A DNA stretch of 61,315 bases from positions 1 through 61,315 of IMG/VR virus record IMGVR_UViG_3300035665_000037; one strand, written 5' to 3'. Of this stretch, positions 34,868 to 46,200 are shown in pieces. This stretch comes from a virus (Duplodnaviria > Caudoviricetes). The notes under the pieces are model-generated. The model had not been told where the DNA came from and searched no databases. It saw nothing but the letters and a program-made list of their open reading frames with translations. Each line of letters starts with the position of its first letter. Position 1 is the first letter of the stretch. Made by a program: the position numbers and the translations under genes.

Positions 34868-37275
34868 ACAATATAACAATCTTCCAAAACATCAAGGAGA
34901 CAAGCACTCCCTTCTTCAGGGACGTAAGGGTAATCCTTGATAGGATTAAGGAAGGAGCAACGAAGGAGCTTGTAAAAAAGATCCGCTTAGAGAAGAAGAA
35001 GCCTGAGAGGAACGAACTGAAGAAACAACTCCCGGCTATCTGCTTTAGCGGTACGTTCAATAAGAGGGCCGATACTGCCCTGATTGAGCATAGTGGACTA
35101 ATATGCTTGGACTTTGACGGATACGTCAAACAGAAGGAGCTATTGCAGGATAAAGAAAATCTGAGTAAGAACAAGTATGTATACTCAGTATTCATCTCCC
35201 CTTCAGGCAATGGCCTGAAAGTGTTGGTCAAGATCCCGGCCGATGCCGAGAACCATACCAACTACTTCAATAGCCTTGAAAAGTATTTCAACTCCCCTTA
35301 CTTTGACAAGACTTCCAAGAACCTAAGCAGGGTATGCTACGAGTCTTACGACCCGTTGATCTACGTCAACGAGAACTCCTCGATATGGGATACCATTGAG
35401 GAGCCTGAGTATACGGAGGTGAATAAGCTACGGGACCAAGCTACCATACCCATCACCGATGAGAATAAGATCGTTGAGATCCTTGTCAAGTGGTGGCAGA
35501 AGAAGTACCCGATGACAGAAGGACAACGCAATCAGAACTGCTTTGTCTTGGCAATGGCGTTCAATGACTTCGGGATCAACAAGAGTTTAGCGAGTTACGT
35601 ATTGAACCAATACGCTACTGCCGACTTCCCGATCAAAGAGATTCAGAGGACTATTGACTCTGCTTATCAGAACACGTCTAATTTTGGTACAAAATACTAC
35701 GAGGATGAGGAGAGAGTGAATCAGATCAAGGCAAAGCTAAGACGTGGCGTATCAAAAAAAGAGGTGCGTATCCAACTGCAGGACTCCAACTTGGATACAG
35801 ACACGATAGAAGCGGTGCTTGCGAAGGTCGAGGAGGAGAACGCCAAACAGACCTTTTGGAGCAAGAACGACAAGGGAGTCATAAGGATAATACACATTCA
35901 GTTTAAGCAGTTCCTTGAGGACTCAGGGTTCTATAAGTATTGCCCGGAGGGTGGGAAGAACTATGTATTCGTGAAGGTTACGAACAACCTGATCGACCAT
36001 ACATCAGAGAAAGAAATCAAGGACTTCGTCCTGAACCACCTGCTTGAGCTTGATGACATTCAGGTATACAACTACTTCGCTGACAATACCCGGTTCTTCA
36101 AGGAGGAGTTCTTATCAATGCTATCAACGATTGAGATCTACTTCATTGAGGATACCAAAGATGCAGCGTACTTGTACTACAAAAACTGTGCGGTGCAGAT
36201 AACAAAGGATGAGGTCAAGCCGATCGACTACCTTGATCTTGGAGGATACGTTTGGAAGGACCACGTGATAGATCGTAATCTTACTATGTGCGAGATCACA
36301 AGTAGATGTGATTACAAGCGGTTCATTCGTAACATCTGCGGTGATGATGACGGAAGGGTATCAAGCATGGAGAGTACCATTGGGTTCCTGCTGCATGGGT
36401 ATAAGAACCTATCCTTCTGTCCGGCCGTGATCCTGAATGACGAGGTCATCAGCGACAACCCGGAGGGTGGAACCGGTAAGGGACTATTCATGAATGCTCT
36501 ATCCAAGATGAAGAAGGTGGTAACGATTGACGGCAAGAGCTTCACCTTTGAAAGAAGCTTCGCTTATCAGTTGGTGTCTGCCGACACGCAGATTCTTGTG
36601 TTCGATGACGTCAAGAAACACTTTGACTTCGAGCGACTCTTCAGCGTAGTGACCGAAGGTCTCACGCTCGAGAAGAAGAACAAGGATGCCATCAAGATAC
36701 CATTCAGTAAGAGTCCTAAGATTGCGATCACTACCAACTATGCCATCAAAGGATCGGGCAACTCATTCGCAAGACGTAAGTGGGAGTTGGAGCTACATCA
36801 ATACTACTCGAAAGCGTACACGCCACTCGATGAGTTCGGTAAGTTGATGTTCGGGGATTGGAGCGATGATGATTGGTGCGAGTTCGACAATTACATGATC
36901 GGATGCCTGAAGGGATACCTGAGAACCGGACTTGTGAAGAGTAAGTTTGTCAACCTTAAGATCAGACAACTGAGTGCAGAGACTACGCATGACTTCATTG
37001 AATGGTGCGGACTTGTTGATGGGCAGCCACGCAACACGGCACTTGAGGTAGGAGTAAGACTCTACAAGAATGAATTGTACAACGACTTCATCAGCGAGTA
37101 TCCTGACTATGGACCGAAGGCAAAGATGACTATCAGCAGAACCAAGTTTTACAAGTGGTTAGTTTCATACGGACTATTCAAAGAAGGTATCATCCCGGAG
37201 GAAGGAAGAGATCTCAATGGCCGGTGGATAATTATTCACAGAAAGAAACAGGAAGATGCAGATAGTGGAGCGTAG
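34861..37275 (+). CDS. Primase-helicase (VirE-N/BT4734-like, PriCT and P-loop helicase domains)
   Basis: LPAICFSGTF..HSGLICLDFD, FISPSGNGLK, EGQRN, Walker A GGTGKG, VFDD, ITTN. Confidence 0.8.
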   Translation: MTYNITIFQNIKETSTPFFRDVRVILDRIKEGATKELVKKIRLEKKKPERNELKKQLPAICFSGTFNKRADTALIEHSGLICLDFDGYVKQKELLQDKENLSKNKYVYSVFISPSGNGLKVLVKIPADAENHTNYFNSLEKYFNSPYFDKTSKNLSRVCYESYDPLIYVNENSSIWDTIEEPEYTEVNKLRDQATIPITDENKIVEILVKWWQKKYPMTEGQRNQNCFVLAMAFNDFGINKSLASYVLNQYATADFPIKEIQRTIDSAYQNTSNFGTKYYEDEERVNQIKAKLRRGVSKKEVRIQLQDSNLDTDTIEAVLAKVEEENAKQTFWSKNDKGVIRIIHIQFKQFLEDSGFYKYCPEGGKNYVFVKVTNNLIDHTSEKEIKDFVLNHLLELDDIQVYNYFADNTRFFKEEFLSMLSTIEIYFIEDTKDAAYLYYKNCAVQITKDEVKPIDYLDLGGYVWKDHVIDRNLTMCEITSRCDYKRFIRNICGDDDGRVSSMESTIGFLLHGYKNLSFCPAVILNDEVISDNPEGGTGKGLFMNALSKMKKVVTIDGKSFTFERSFAYQLVSADTQILVFDDVKKHFDFERLFSVVTEGLTLEKKNKDAIKIPFSKSPKIAITTNYAIKGSGNSFARRKWELELHQYYSKAYTPLDEFGKLMFGDWSDDDWCEFDNYMIGCLKGYLRTGLVKSKFVNLKIRQLSAETTHDFIEWCGLVDGQPRNTALEVGVRLYKNELYNDFISEYPDYGPKAKMTISRTKFYKWLVSYGLFKEGIIPEEGRDLNGRWIIIHRKKQEDADSGA

Positions 37276-38710
37276 GCCCGGATACTCTGACTACTCAATG
37301 TTTAAATACTGCGAGTTGTTATGCAGGGTTATGGGTCAAATGAAAGAAGTAAAGACGGGAAGAGGAAAGAGTATCGAGACAAGCTTTGTATACAAGTACA
37401 AGGATGCTCCCGATATTCTTCCTCGACTTCAAAAGAGTAGGGACTATTACAAAAGTTTACACGAACAAAAAGGAAGGCAGGTGGAATTTAGAGACTATCA
37501 AAAAGATATAATCAATTCAGGATCCACGATCCTAAGAGCGCATGGGTTTCTTTACTTGGCAATGGAGGTAAGAACCGGCAAGACGCTAACAAGTCTTGGA
37601 ATTGCCGAGTCTGTCATGGCTGAGCATGTGTTATTCGTAACCAAGAAGAAGGCCATAAGTAGCATTGAGGAAGACTATGCTATGTTTCAGCCATCATACA
37701 AGATGACAATCATTAACTATGAGAGCCTTCATCATGTGATGGATGATGAGATATGGGACCTGATCATTCTTGATGAGGCACATGGCTTGGGAGCTTTCGC
37801 TAAGCCAAGCGAGAGGGCTATCATGGTTAAGGATCTTATTGATAAGTGTAGACCAATGGTGATACTGCTTAGCGGTACGCCTACTCCGGAGAGCTACTCT
37901 CAGATGTACCATCAGGTGTATGGCATACCGGGCAATCCATTCAGTAGATACAAAACTTTCTACAAGTTTGCAGAGGATCATGTTAAGGTAACGAAGAAGA
38001 AGATCAATGGCCTATATGTGAATGACTATAGCGGTGGCAGGGAATCAATCCTTGAGGCAATGAAACCATATACGATCAACTATTCTCAGCAGGAAGCAGG
38101 GTTCGTTACTCAGGTAACTGAAGAGATACTTGAGGTAGATTTAAAAGAAAGTACGAAGGCACTGATCAAGAAGTTGCAGAAGGAGTTGGTTGTGGAGGGG
38201 AAGGAAGAGACTATTCTTGCTGACACACCGGCCAAACTAATGATGAAGGTGCATCAACTTTGTAGTGGGACTATCAAGTTTGAGAGTGGTAATAGCATGG
38301 TGCTTGATACGAGTAAGGCTGAGTTCATCAAAGAATACTTTGCCGGATGCAAGATTGGAATCTTCTATAAGTTTAAGGAAGAGTTGTCTGCGCTTAAACA
38401 AGTATTCGGAGATAGCTTATGCACTGAGCTTAGTCAGTTTGAGAATGGAGATAAGCATATAGCTTTGCAGATAGTTAGTGGAAGAGAAGGAATTAGTTTG
38501 CGCCAAGCAGACTACTTAGTCTACTACAACATTGATTTCAGTGCCACGAGTTATTGGCAAAGTAAAGACAGGATGACTACCAAAGAACGTGCATTCAATC
38601 ATGTGTATTGGGTGTTCAGTAAGGGAGGCATTGAGTATGACATCTACAAGGCTGTAACTAAAAAGAAAGACTATACTGTTAACCATTTTAAAAAAGACTT
38701 TTACTTATGA
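37256..38710 (+). CDS. SNF2/SF2-family helicase
   Basis: RDYQ, MEVRTGKT, ILDEAH, LSGTP, GREGISL, QSKDR. Confidence 0.85.
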   Translation: MQIVERRPGYSDYSMFKYCELLCRVMGQMKEVKTGRGKSIETSFVYKYKDAPDILPRLQKSRDYYKSLHEQKGRQVEFRDYQKDIINSGSTILRAHGFLYLAMEVRTGKTLTSLGIAESVMAEHVLFVTKKKAISSIEEDYAMFQPSYKMTIINYESLHHVMDDEIWDLIILDEAHGLGAFAKPSERAIMVKDLIDKCRPMVILLSGTPTPESYSQMYHQVYGIPGNPFSRYKTFYKFAEDHVKVTKKKINGLYVNDYSGGRESILEAMKPYTINYSQQEAGFVTQVTEEILEVDLKESTKALIKKLQKELVVEGKEETILADTPAKLMMKVHQLCSGTIKFESGNSMVLDTSKAEFIKEYFAGCKIGIFYKFKEELSALKQVFGDSLCTELSQFENGDKHIALQIVSGREGISLRQADYLVYYNIDFSATSYWQSKDRMTTKERAFNHVYWVFSKGGIEYDIYKAVTKKKDYTVNHFKKDFYL

Positions 38711-38907
38711 AACAACAATCATGGTACAAGATTACCAATCAAGGTGAGTTCCTAAGAAAGGAAACCATATCTGATGAACCACTCGAAGAAGTCGTAACGA
38801 TACACGCAGCTTTCTTTAAGAAGCCGGCACACAAACAACGCTTCGTACTTCGCCTACTGATATGGTGGAGTGTTAAGCATTACTTTAAAATACTATTTAA
38901 GAAGTGA
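38707..38907 (+). CDS. Hypothetical protein
   Basis: ATGA overlap. Confidence 0.55.
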   Translation: MKQQSWYKITNQGEFLRKETISDEPLEEVVTIHAAFFKKPAHKQRFVLRLLIWWSVKHYFKILFKK

Positions 38908-39152
38908 CCGAACAACAGATACAGAGTAAATTAATTAAAGAGCTTGAGAAGAAGGGATACTATGTAATCAAGTTGGTGAAGACCAATAAGAATGGCATCC
39001 CGGATCTTATAGCTATCCCTCCGGGATCTGACGTTGAGTTCATCGAGGTTAAGCGTCCGGATGGTAAGTTATCAAAGCTTCAAGAGTACAGAATAAAAGA
39101 GTTAATTAAACACGGAGTGAAAGCAATTATATATTATGGAGACAAAGAGTGA
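38904..39152 (+). CDS. VRR-NUC domain nuclease
   Basis: EQQIQ..GIPDL..FIEVK..GKLSKLQ. Confidence 0.85.
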   Translation: MTEQQIQSKLIKELEKKGYYVIKLVKTNKNGIPDLIAIPPGSDVEFIEVKRPDGKLSKLQEYRIKELIKHGVKAIIYYGDKE

Positions 39153-39663
39153 TTTTGATTTTGTTAAGCAAGTTGTTGAGATGGTAATGGGATATGGCAT
39201 CTTTGACAACAATAGAAAGCGTAGAGTCGTAGAGACACGCATGATGTTTGGCCTTCTTATGGTTGAACTTAATTATCCATTGACACAGATAGGAGAGTTT
39301 ATGGATAAAGATCATACAACAGTGATACACTATAAACGCACAATGCGTGGGCTACTCGACACCGACAATGAGATGCTAAGACGCTATCTAAAGTGTAAGG
39401 AGATCATCATTTCTGAGAAACAACCCGTAAATTTATTATCTGATGAAGACTTTAAGGTAAGATCAATAAGACTTCAGAATCAGGTTGATGTACTGAGAAT
39501 AGAAAAGCAGTTGCTTCAAGAAGAAATAAGTGTGCTTGAATCTAAGATTGAATTGATGGAAGATAAAAGACTTACTAAGATATTCGAGCTCATTAAAGAC
39601 AATACACCTATTGGTAATGAGCTTATTGTTGAACGCAAAACAAGAAAGATGTTCGATGACTGA
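39136..39663 (+). CDS. DnaA domain IV-like HTH protein with coiled coil
   Basis: RKRRVVETRMM..PLTQIGEFMDKDHTTVIHY. Confidence 0.7.
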   Translation: METKSDFDFVKQVVEMVMGYGIFDNNRKRRVVETRMMFGLLMVELNYPLTQIGEFMDKDHTTVIHYKRTMRGLLDTDNEMLRRYLKCKEIIISEKQPVNLLSDEDFKVRSIRLQNQVDVLRIEKQLLQEEISVLESKIELMEDKRLTKIFELIKDNTPIGNELIVERKTRKMFDD

Positions 39664-39841
39664 TCAGGAAAACGAGAGGGCCTACCGGATAGCCTACATG
39701 ACAAAAGGATACCACGAGAGTATAACCAATATCTATGAAAAGTTAGTGGACCGGGAATACCACCTCGCAACTGAAGACATCAAAGAACTTATGCGTGATC
39801 TTAGAGCAACCATTAAATTAATTGAGGATGACGATTTTTGA
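39656..39841 (+). CDS. Hypothetical protein
   Basis: Start MTDQENER at 39656. Confidence 0.6.
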   Translation: MTDQENERAYRIAYMTKGYHESITNIYEKLVDREYHLATEDIKELMRDLRATIKLIEDDDF

Positions 39842-40244
39842 AACAGAACAAGACTTAATAAGGGAGAAGAAAGCCATCGAAACATTCGTTAAGATATTCG
39901 GTGGATCATTTAAAAAGCTTGCACCACTTGACATTGACTACAAAGTATTTGACAAAGATGGTACACTCATAGCCTACGCAGAAGTAAAAGGTAGGCTTAA
40001 GACTATGAAGACTGCATACCCACTTCCGGTCGCACTCAGCAAGCTGAGTAAGCTTATTGAGAAGAGATTAAACCCGGTCCTGATATGGGCCTGCGATGAT
40101 GGTATTATTTACGGCAAAGTATTCTCACTTGTCGGTGAAGTAAAAATCGGTGGCCGCCCACCGAGAGATGGGTCGACCAATGATGTAGAGATGATGGTAT
40201 ACTTTGACTCTCAAAGATCACTCAAGTATGTTAGGTTTACCTGA
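39828..40244 (+). CDS. Putative PD-(D/E)XK nuclease
   Basis: DIDY...AYAEVKGR motif. Confidence 0.6.
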   Translation: MTIFETEQDLIREKKAIETFVKIFGGSFKKLAPLDIDYKVFDKDGTLIAYAEVKGRLKTMKTAYPLPVALSKLSKLIEKRLNPVLIWACDDGIIYGKVFSLVGEVKIGGRPPRDGSTNDVEMMVYFDSQRSLKYVRFT

Positions 40245-43200
40245 TCGACTCAGAGTCTCTTTTGTACTTTGATTTGAAAGACTTCAATCTGTTGCGATAC
40301 TTTAGTCTGCGTTTCTGTGCAGGAGTATAGCCTCTCTCTTCGTCTTCCATTTCCTGAAGCTTCTTATTCAGTTCCTTCTCTACCTCCATCTCTGCTTTGT
40401 TCTCTAAATAGTATTGACTATTCTCTCCAAAGGTTTGCTCATAGAGTTCAGGATCGTAACGCTTCATGTCAGTCTTGTTATCATATCCCTGAAGAAGCTC
40501 CTTCATCTTTTCATCCTTCTCTACTTTCATCTTTTTCTTTTCAGACTGAATGGCCTTCTTTTCTTCGTCACTCATGCTTAGTTCATCAATCATATCTTCA
40601 ATGGCCTTGATCTTATCAGCATCTACCTCATCGTTTTTAAGTTGTTCAAGTGCGTTGATCTTATCTTGTTTACCCTGCTCCAACTTCTCTTTTCTTTCTC
40701 CTGAAATTCCTTCTGCTCTTTTTTCTAACTCAACATCTTCTCTTGTCTTACCGCCCTCAACAGTAGATGCAGATCTCTTAGCATCAGCAAGTGATGAACG
40801 AACAATACTGTTAACCTCTGATGGAGTAAGTCCAAGATTGGATACGATTGCAATAGGAATCAACATACCGATAGCATCTCTGTCTTCTTCAGATAGATAC
40901 TTCTTACGTCCATAGTCATCCTCGTATGGAAGGCCGGCAGAAAGCTTAGACATCTCATATAATTGGTTGATACGAGAAGCTGAGATACCGAGAAGGCCTA
41001 AGCTTTGGAAGAAGTCCTGTTTGTTACCTGAATAAATCTCAAGCCTTTCTTCTTCGTCAATGTCAAGAGCATCTTGTGTTGCATCTAATACTGCAGATGC
41101 TCCCATCTGTACGGCCTTATCAAGTAGCGGAGCAGGAGAGAATACATCGGCTACTGTACTTGTAAGCTGACCTTTCATGATGGCATCTATCTTCTTCTTA
41201 TCTTTCTCCTCATCGTCTTCTCTACCCATAAATTCTTTTACAACTTCTGCAATGAGTAAAGCTGAACCGGCAGACAATGCTCTGAATGTAACCATCTCCG
41301 CAGCGAAACCACCAAGAGATCGAGCAGCTATCTTCTTATCCTCAATAGTTGATGTCTTGTCGGTAAGCGTAGCAAGATCGGAACCAAGCCTTGCAGATTG
41401 GTTCATCCTGAACGATGCGAATGGCATAAGAACCTTTACAAACAATTGCTTGCTTGCATCTTTACTTGATAGAAGCGCACCGGCAAGATCAGAATCAGAC
41501 ACGTTCTGCTGACGGTCAACCTGACGCTGAGCGTAGTCAGCAGCCTTCTGATTAATCTTATGGTTATTGTAGTCTATTGTTTTTGTATCAATACCCTGCT
41601 TCTCAAGAGACTGCTCGTAGTACGTCATCCAAGATGCACGAGCAATGGCCACGTCAAAACGAACAAGTAAATTCTTAAGCCACCAATTGTTTACTTTCTC
41701 GATAGCCCTGAATGCTTGTTCGGGTTTGCTTTTTGCAGCCTCGTCAATCATTTTATTGAGGGACTCAATCTGAGCTTGTGATTCTACGCCACGATTTGCA
41801 ATGGCGTATCCTGATTTGTTAATGAAGTTTTGTTTTGCTGTATCAAATGTTGACCTTATGTCCAAGCCTCCTGCGTTGATAAACGTGTTCATGGCGATAG
41901 GAACAACTTGTTTGATTGGCTGAAGCACACCACCAAGAGCCTGACCAACACCGATAGATGCAAGTCTGTTAAGTCCTTTCACTGCTTTAGAGAACTCATC
42001 GTTTGAGAATGGGTTCTTGTTACGGATATTCTTTATGTATAAATCAATCCTGTTTCTAAGAAGCTTCTCGTCTCCGGTACCTTTCATTATTCTACTGAAG
42101 GCATCAGAGTTAAGAGCAGATTGTACCTGACGAATAGGTGCTGCAGTGTTGATGTCAACAAGTGCATCATACATTGCGTTTGAGTTATTCTTATCAAACG
42201 ATAGGTCGATGTATCTATTTGGCTTCTCTGTCTTTGAGTTTTGTGGAAGCGACTCAGGACGAGTAGCAGCCATCAATACCCCTGTTTCTTTTTTGTACAA
42301 CGGAGCAGTACCACTATTGACAAGGAATCCCATGTCTTCTGCAGTGATGTCAACCTCTCCGGGATCAGAGCTAAGCTTAGTGAATCTATCAGGAGTATAG
42401 TTAATATCCTTATCCAACACTTTGTTATACACACCAAGAGCTACATCTGATAGTTCTTCATAAGATTCAGCCCATTGCTGCTGCCAAAAGTTTACTGCTT
42501 CCAAGTTTTCTTCTGCAGCTTTTTCTTGTACTTGATCAATACTATCTGAATCTTTTAGGATCTTATCATATACCTCTTGATAAGTATTGGCTTTCTCTAT
42601 CTCTTGATCATTACCTTTCTCGAGTTCTGTTATTGACTCTTCAATTAATTTCTTTCTTCTCTGAAACTCTGCCTGCATTTCGGCTTCCGTTCCAATAATA
42701 TTTCTTGACATGAACGCAACCATACCACGCTCCACATTGTTAGCGGCAGTATTAAACGCCTGTCCATTAGGCTTCATCTTGTAGAACTTATCTACGTATT
42801 GCTTAACAATACTATTGGATTTGTTCTGAGCTTTTGACTTCCCACTTTCTACTTGGCTCACACCCATTGCATCTTCAACCATACCACCTTTGGTAAAGCC
42901 TCCGAACATACGCTCGAACACAATATTAAGGTTCGCTGTCTGCTCAAGTAGAAGTCTTCCAAGACCTTTAGACCAATACTTACTGATTGGCTTAGCCTTG
43001 ATACCTTTCTTTTCCAAAGCTTTCATCTCAGCCTCACCTTTATACTTGGAAAGAACTGACTCCATCTTTGCGATGGATTTGTTTTGGAAGAAGTTCATCA
43101 GTGCATCTACCGCTTCAAGTGCCTGCTTTGGTTTGAGTACGTTCAGGTCCATATCCATGAACTCTTTGACTACTCTTTTCTGATTAGCAGTATACTCTAC

Positions 43201-46200
43201 ATCTTCACCGGTAAATAAATCCTTGCCTGTTTTAAGAGATCCTTCTATCAGAGATGAGTATATATCAAACGCCTTATTGATAGCTGAACGAACCAATGCT
43301 TCGTTATCTTTTGTCAATGGCTTATCACTCTCAAGCATCTGCATGAGCTGATCGTATGTAAGCTCTGAAGCATCTACACCCAACAGTTCCTGAACCTCAG
43401 CAACCTTAAGATCGAACAACTTCTTACGCTGCTCCTCCATTGTCTTATTGATGTAATCTGTAGCGTCAGCCTCTCTTACCATATTAGTAAACTTCACATC
43501 AGCACCACGAGTAGTAGACCCTTTGATAGAGTCCTTGATGATAGCAGCTACCTTATTGTATTCGTCAATATTATCCACCATTGATGGATCAATCTCAGCG
43601 AACTTAGAACCTAAGTCACGAAGGTTCGCAAACTTGTCCTTGTTCTTTGAAAGCTTGCGTATCTGTGTGCGCATAGTATTTGCTGCGCCTAACTTATTGG
43701 CGTACTCAGCGTCTGCAAACAGCTTACCTGCATAGTCAAGAAGTCTTTCTACAGACTCATTGCTATCAAGGTTAACCTTGCCTATTCTATTTACAAGAGC
43801 AGCTACCCTGTTGGCAGCAATCTTTCCTGTAGATGCCATCCTACGAATGGCGTCAGTAAGCATCTTTCTTTTTGTATTGAGATCACCTTTGGCTTCACGG
43901 GCAGCACGAGCTTCAAGTTTTATTTGATTGACCATCATTTTGTAATCGTCAACCGTTACCATAGTTTTCTCCTGACCTAATATTTTCTTTACGCTTGGCG
44001 CACGCTTCTCTCTCTTTTTAAATCTGCTTCTGATGTCACGAACAAGGGCCTCACGTTGTACGTCAGTAGCATTCTCATAAGCCTTTGACTTCTTCATGTA
44101 CTCCATGACATTGTCCATGATCTTATTGAATGGCACCCCTCTGTTCTCAGATTTCTTTATCACACCTTCGATCTCGCCCATCATCCTGTCGTATCCGGGC
44201 AGGTCTGCCTCAGTCAACTCTTGACTAATCTCTTCCATAACCTCAGCTTCAGGGATACGATCAGCATCTCCCAAGTCGTTCTCGTCAATCTGATAGAACT
44301 CTTCAGGTAGAAGACCAACCTTCTGATCTGCAAATGAAATCTGATCGTAGATCTCTTCAACCTTCTTCCTTGCCTGAGCAAACAGTCCTTCTTCACGAAG
44401 TGCTCTTGCTTGCTCTCTTAATTCATTAACTCTATCGTTAACTCCTGAGAAGTTTACAAATGAGTTCTGACCACGAGTCTCTGTAGTCATAGCCTTGCGT
44501 GCTTCGGGCGAGAACATACGAGCGTGTACGTTCCATGCGTTCTCTTCCCCTTTGGGACCGAATGAGTTGCCGAGTTCAGCGTGTCCATAGAAATCATGGA
44601 TCGCACGAAACACGTCATTGATTAGTAGTGGTTTTCCATTAATATCTTTTATGCCTGAATCACGTAGTAGTGGATTCTCGGCTCTTTGTTTGTCTGTTAT
44701 TTTGCTATCACCGAAGCCTGATTCAGTAGAGAAGATCTTCATTCTCTTATTGTTTCTCAGGTCGTCAATCATTTCCTGAGAGTTGTTGTATGGCTCGTTG
44801 TTGTTTATCTCAACCTTGTATCCGGCTTTAGCAAACTCATTGTATTGATCAAGCGTTTCTTTAGCAAGAGCTTCGTATGCAGCTTTAACCTCCGGGTTAT
44901 TGGGGTCGTGCTTCATTGCATCGAACGCATCAGAGATACGCTTGGCTCTCGCTTCGTCTAAGCTTTTTGACCCATAGTATGGGGGCCTTGGCCTTCCGAA
45001 AACTCTTTGGAAATATCTATTCGCAATTTCTGCAACTGCCTCGATGGGCTTATTGAAAAGTCTGTTTCCTGCTCTTGGTTTGAAGTAGTCATCAACTTCG
45101 ACTCCTTGGAACTCGGCATCTCTTCTAACGGCCTCCTCGAGGGACGGTAGAATGTTTTCCCTGCCTTGGACAGGTCCGGCCCCTGTGCCTTTAATGCGTC
45201 CAAGAATTGCTTTCCTTTTTGCCTTGCCAACTCTTGTCGAGTTAAGGGGCTTGTAGACTTGTTGTTCATAATTTATTCCTTTAGATTCTAATTCAATTAA
45301 AAAGTTACCAATGTTTTCCTGTAATTGTGGATCTGTAAAGTCAAGTACATCAATGAACGAGATCTCCCCGTTCTTCTCATTAATGCTGAAGTCTGTGATT
45401 CCTGCAGCCTTGAGGGCGTCAATAGCTCCATCAACATCTGATACCACTACGGTATATTCATTGGCCTTATGATCAGTGCCTCCCTCTTGATTTAGATATT
45501 GAGCTGCTATTGTAGCCTCTTGTACTTGTGGTGCCAATGCTCCGGCAAGTGCAGCAAACTCTTCGGCCTGCTCCATAGTTGCGTTCTCAAGATCAACATC
45601 GTTTGAGATCTCTACAATTCTTTCGCCTTTCTCATTCTCGTACCCACCAATAGTTTCAAGTGGCGTAACCTTTATACCAAGCTTAGCCCCTATATCATTA
45701 AGAGACTGCAGGTAACCCTGATATTCAGGTGACTGCCTGAGTTGAGCAGCTTCCTGAGTTGTAGCAATCTGAGTATTGAAGAAAGGTGCAACTTTAACTC
45801 TTGTAACAGCAGGTGCTACCTCTTCAACTTTAATAGGTTTGGTTTCAAGCAATGTTCCTTGTTCAGTAATCTGAGTAGCCAAGTCTATTGGCACAAGATT
45901 ACCTGTCTCTAAGTCTATTGTAGCCTGATCAGTTACTTCGTACTTCTTACCATCAAGCTCAAATACTTTTACTTCTTTTGCTTGGACTTTACCTTCTTCG
46001 GTAACGCCTTGAGGTTCTGCTTTGGTGACTCCTTGCGCCACTTCTTGGCCACTTCCGGTTGTTGGCTGTACAGGTACTTCACCTGCTGCTTGCTTTTGAA
46101 CGGCATTTTCTTGTATGGTTTTAATTTGTGAACGAATCTGCGCAGCTTTGTCTTTGCCAATCTGCGTAGTATTACCCTCTAATTTTCTTAATTCTTTTTC

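Noticed and set aside
44214-44396. Third nested +1 ORF in the giant gene
   Set aside because: GTG start, no A-rich leader, unremarkable peptide
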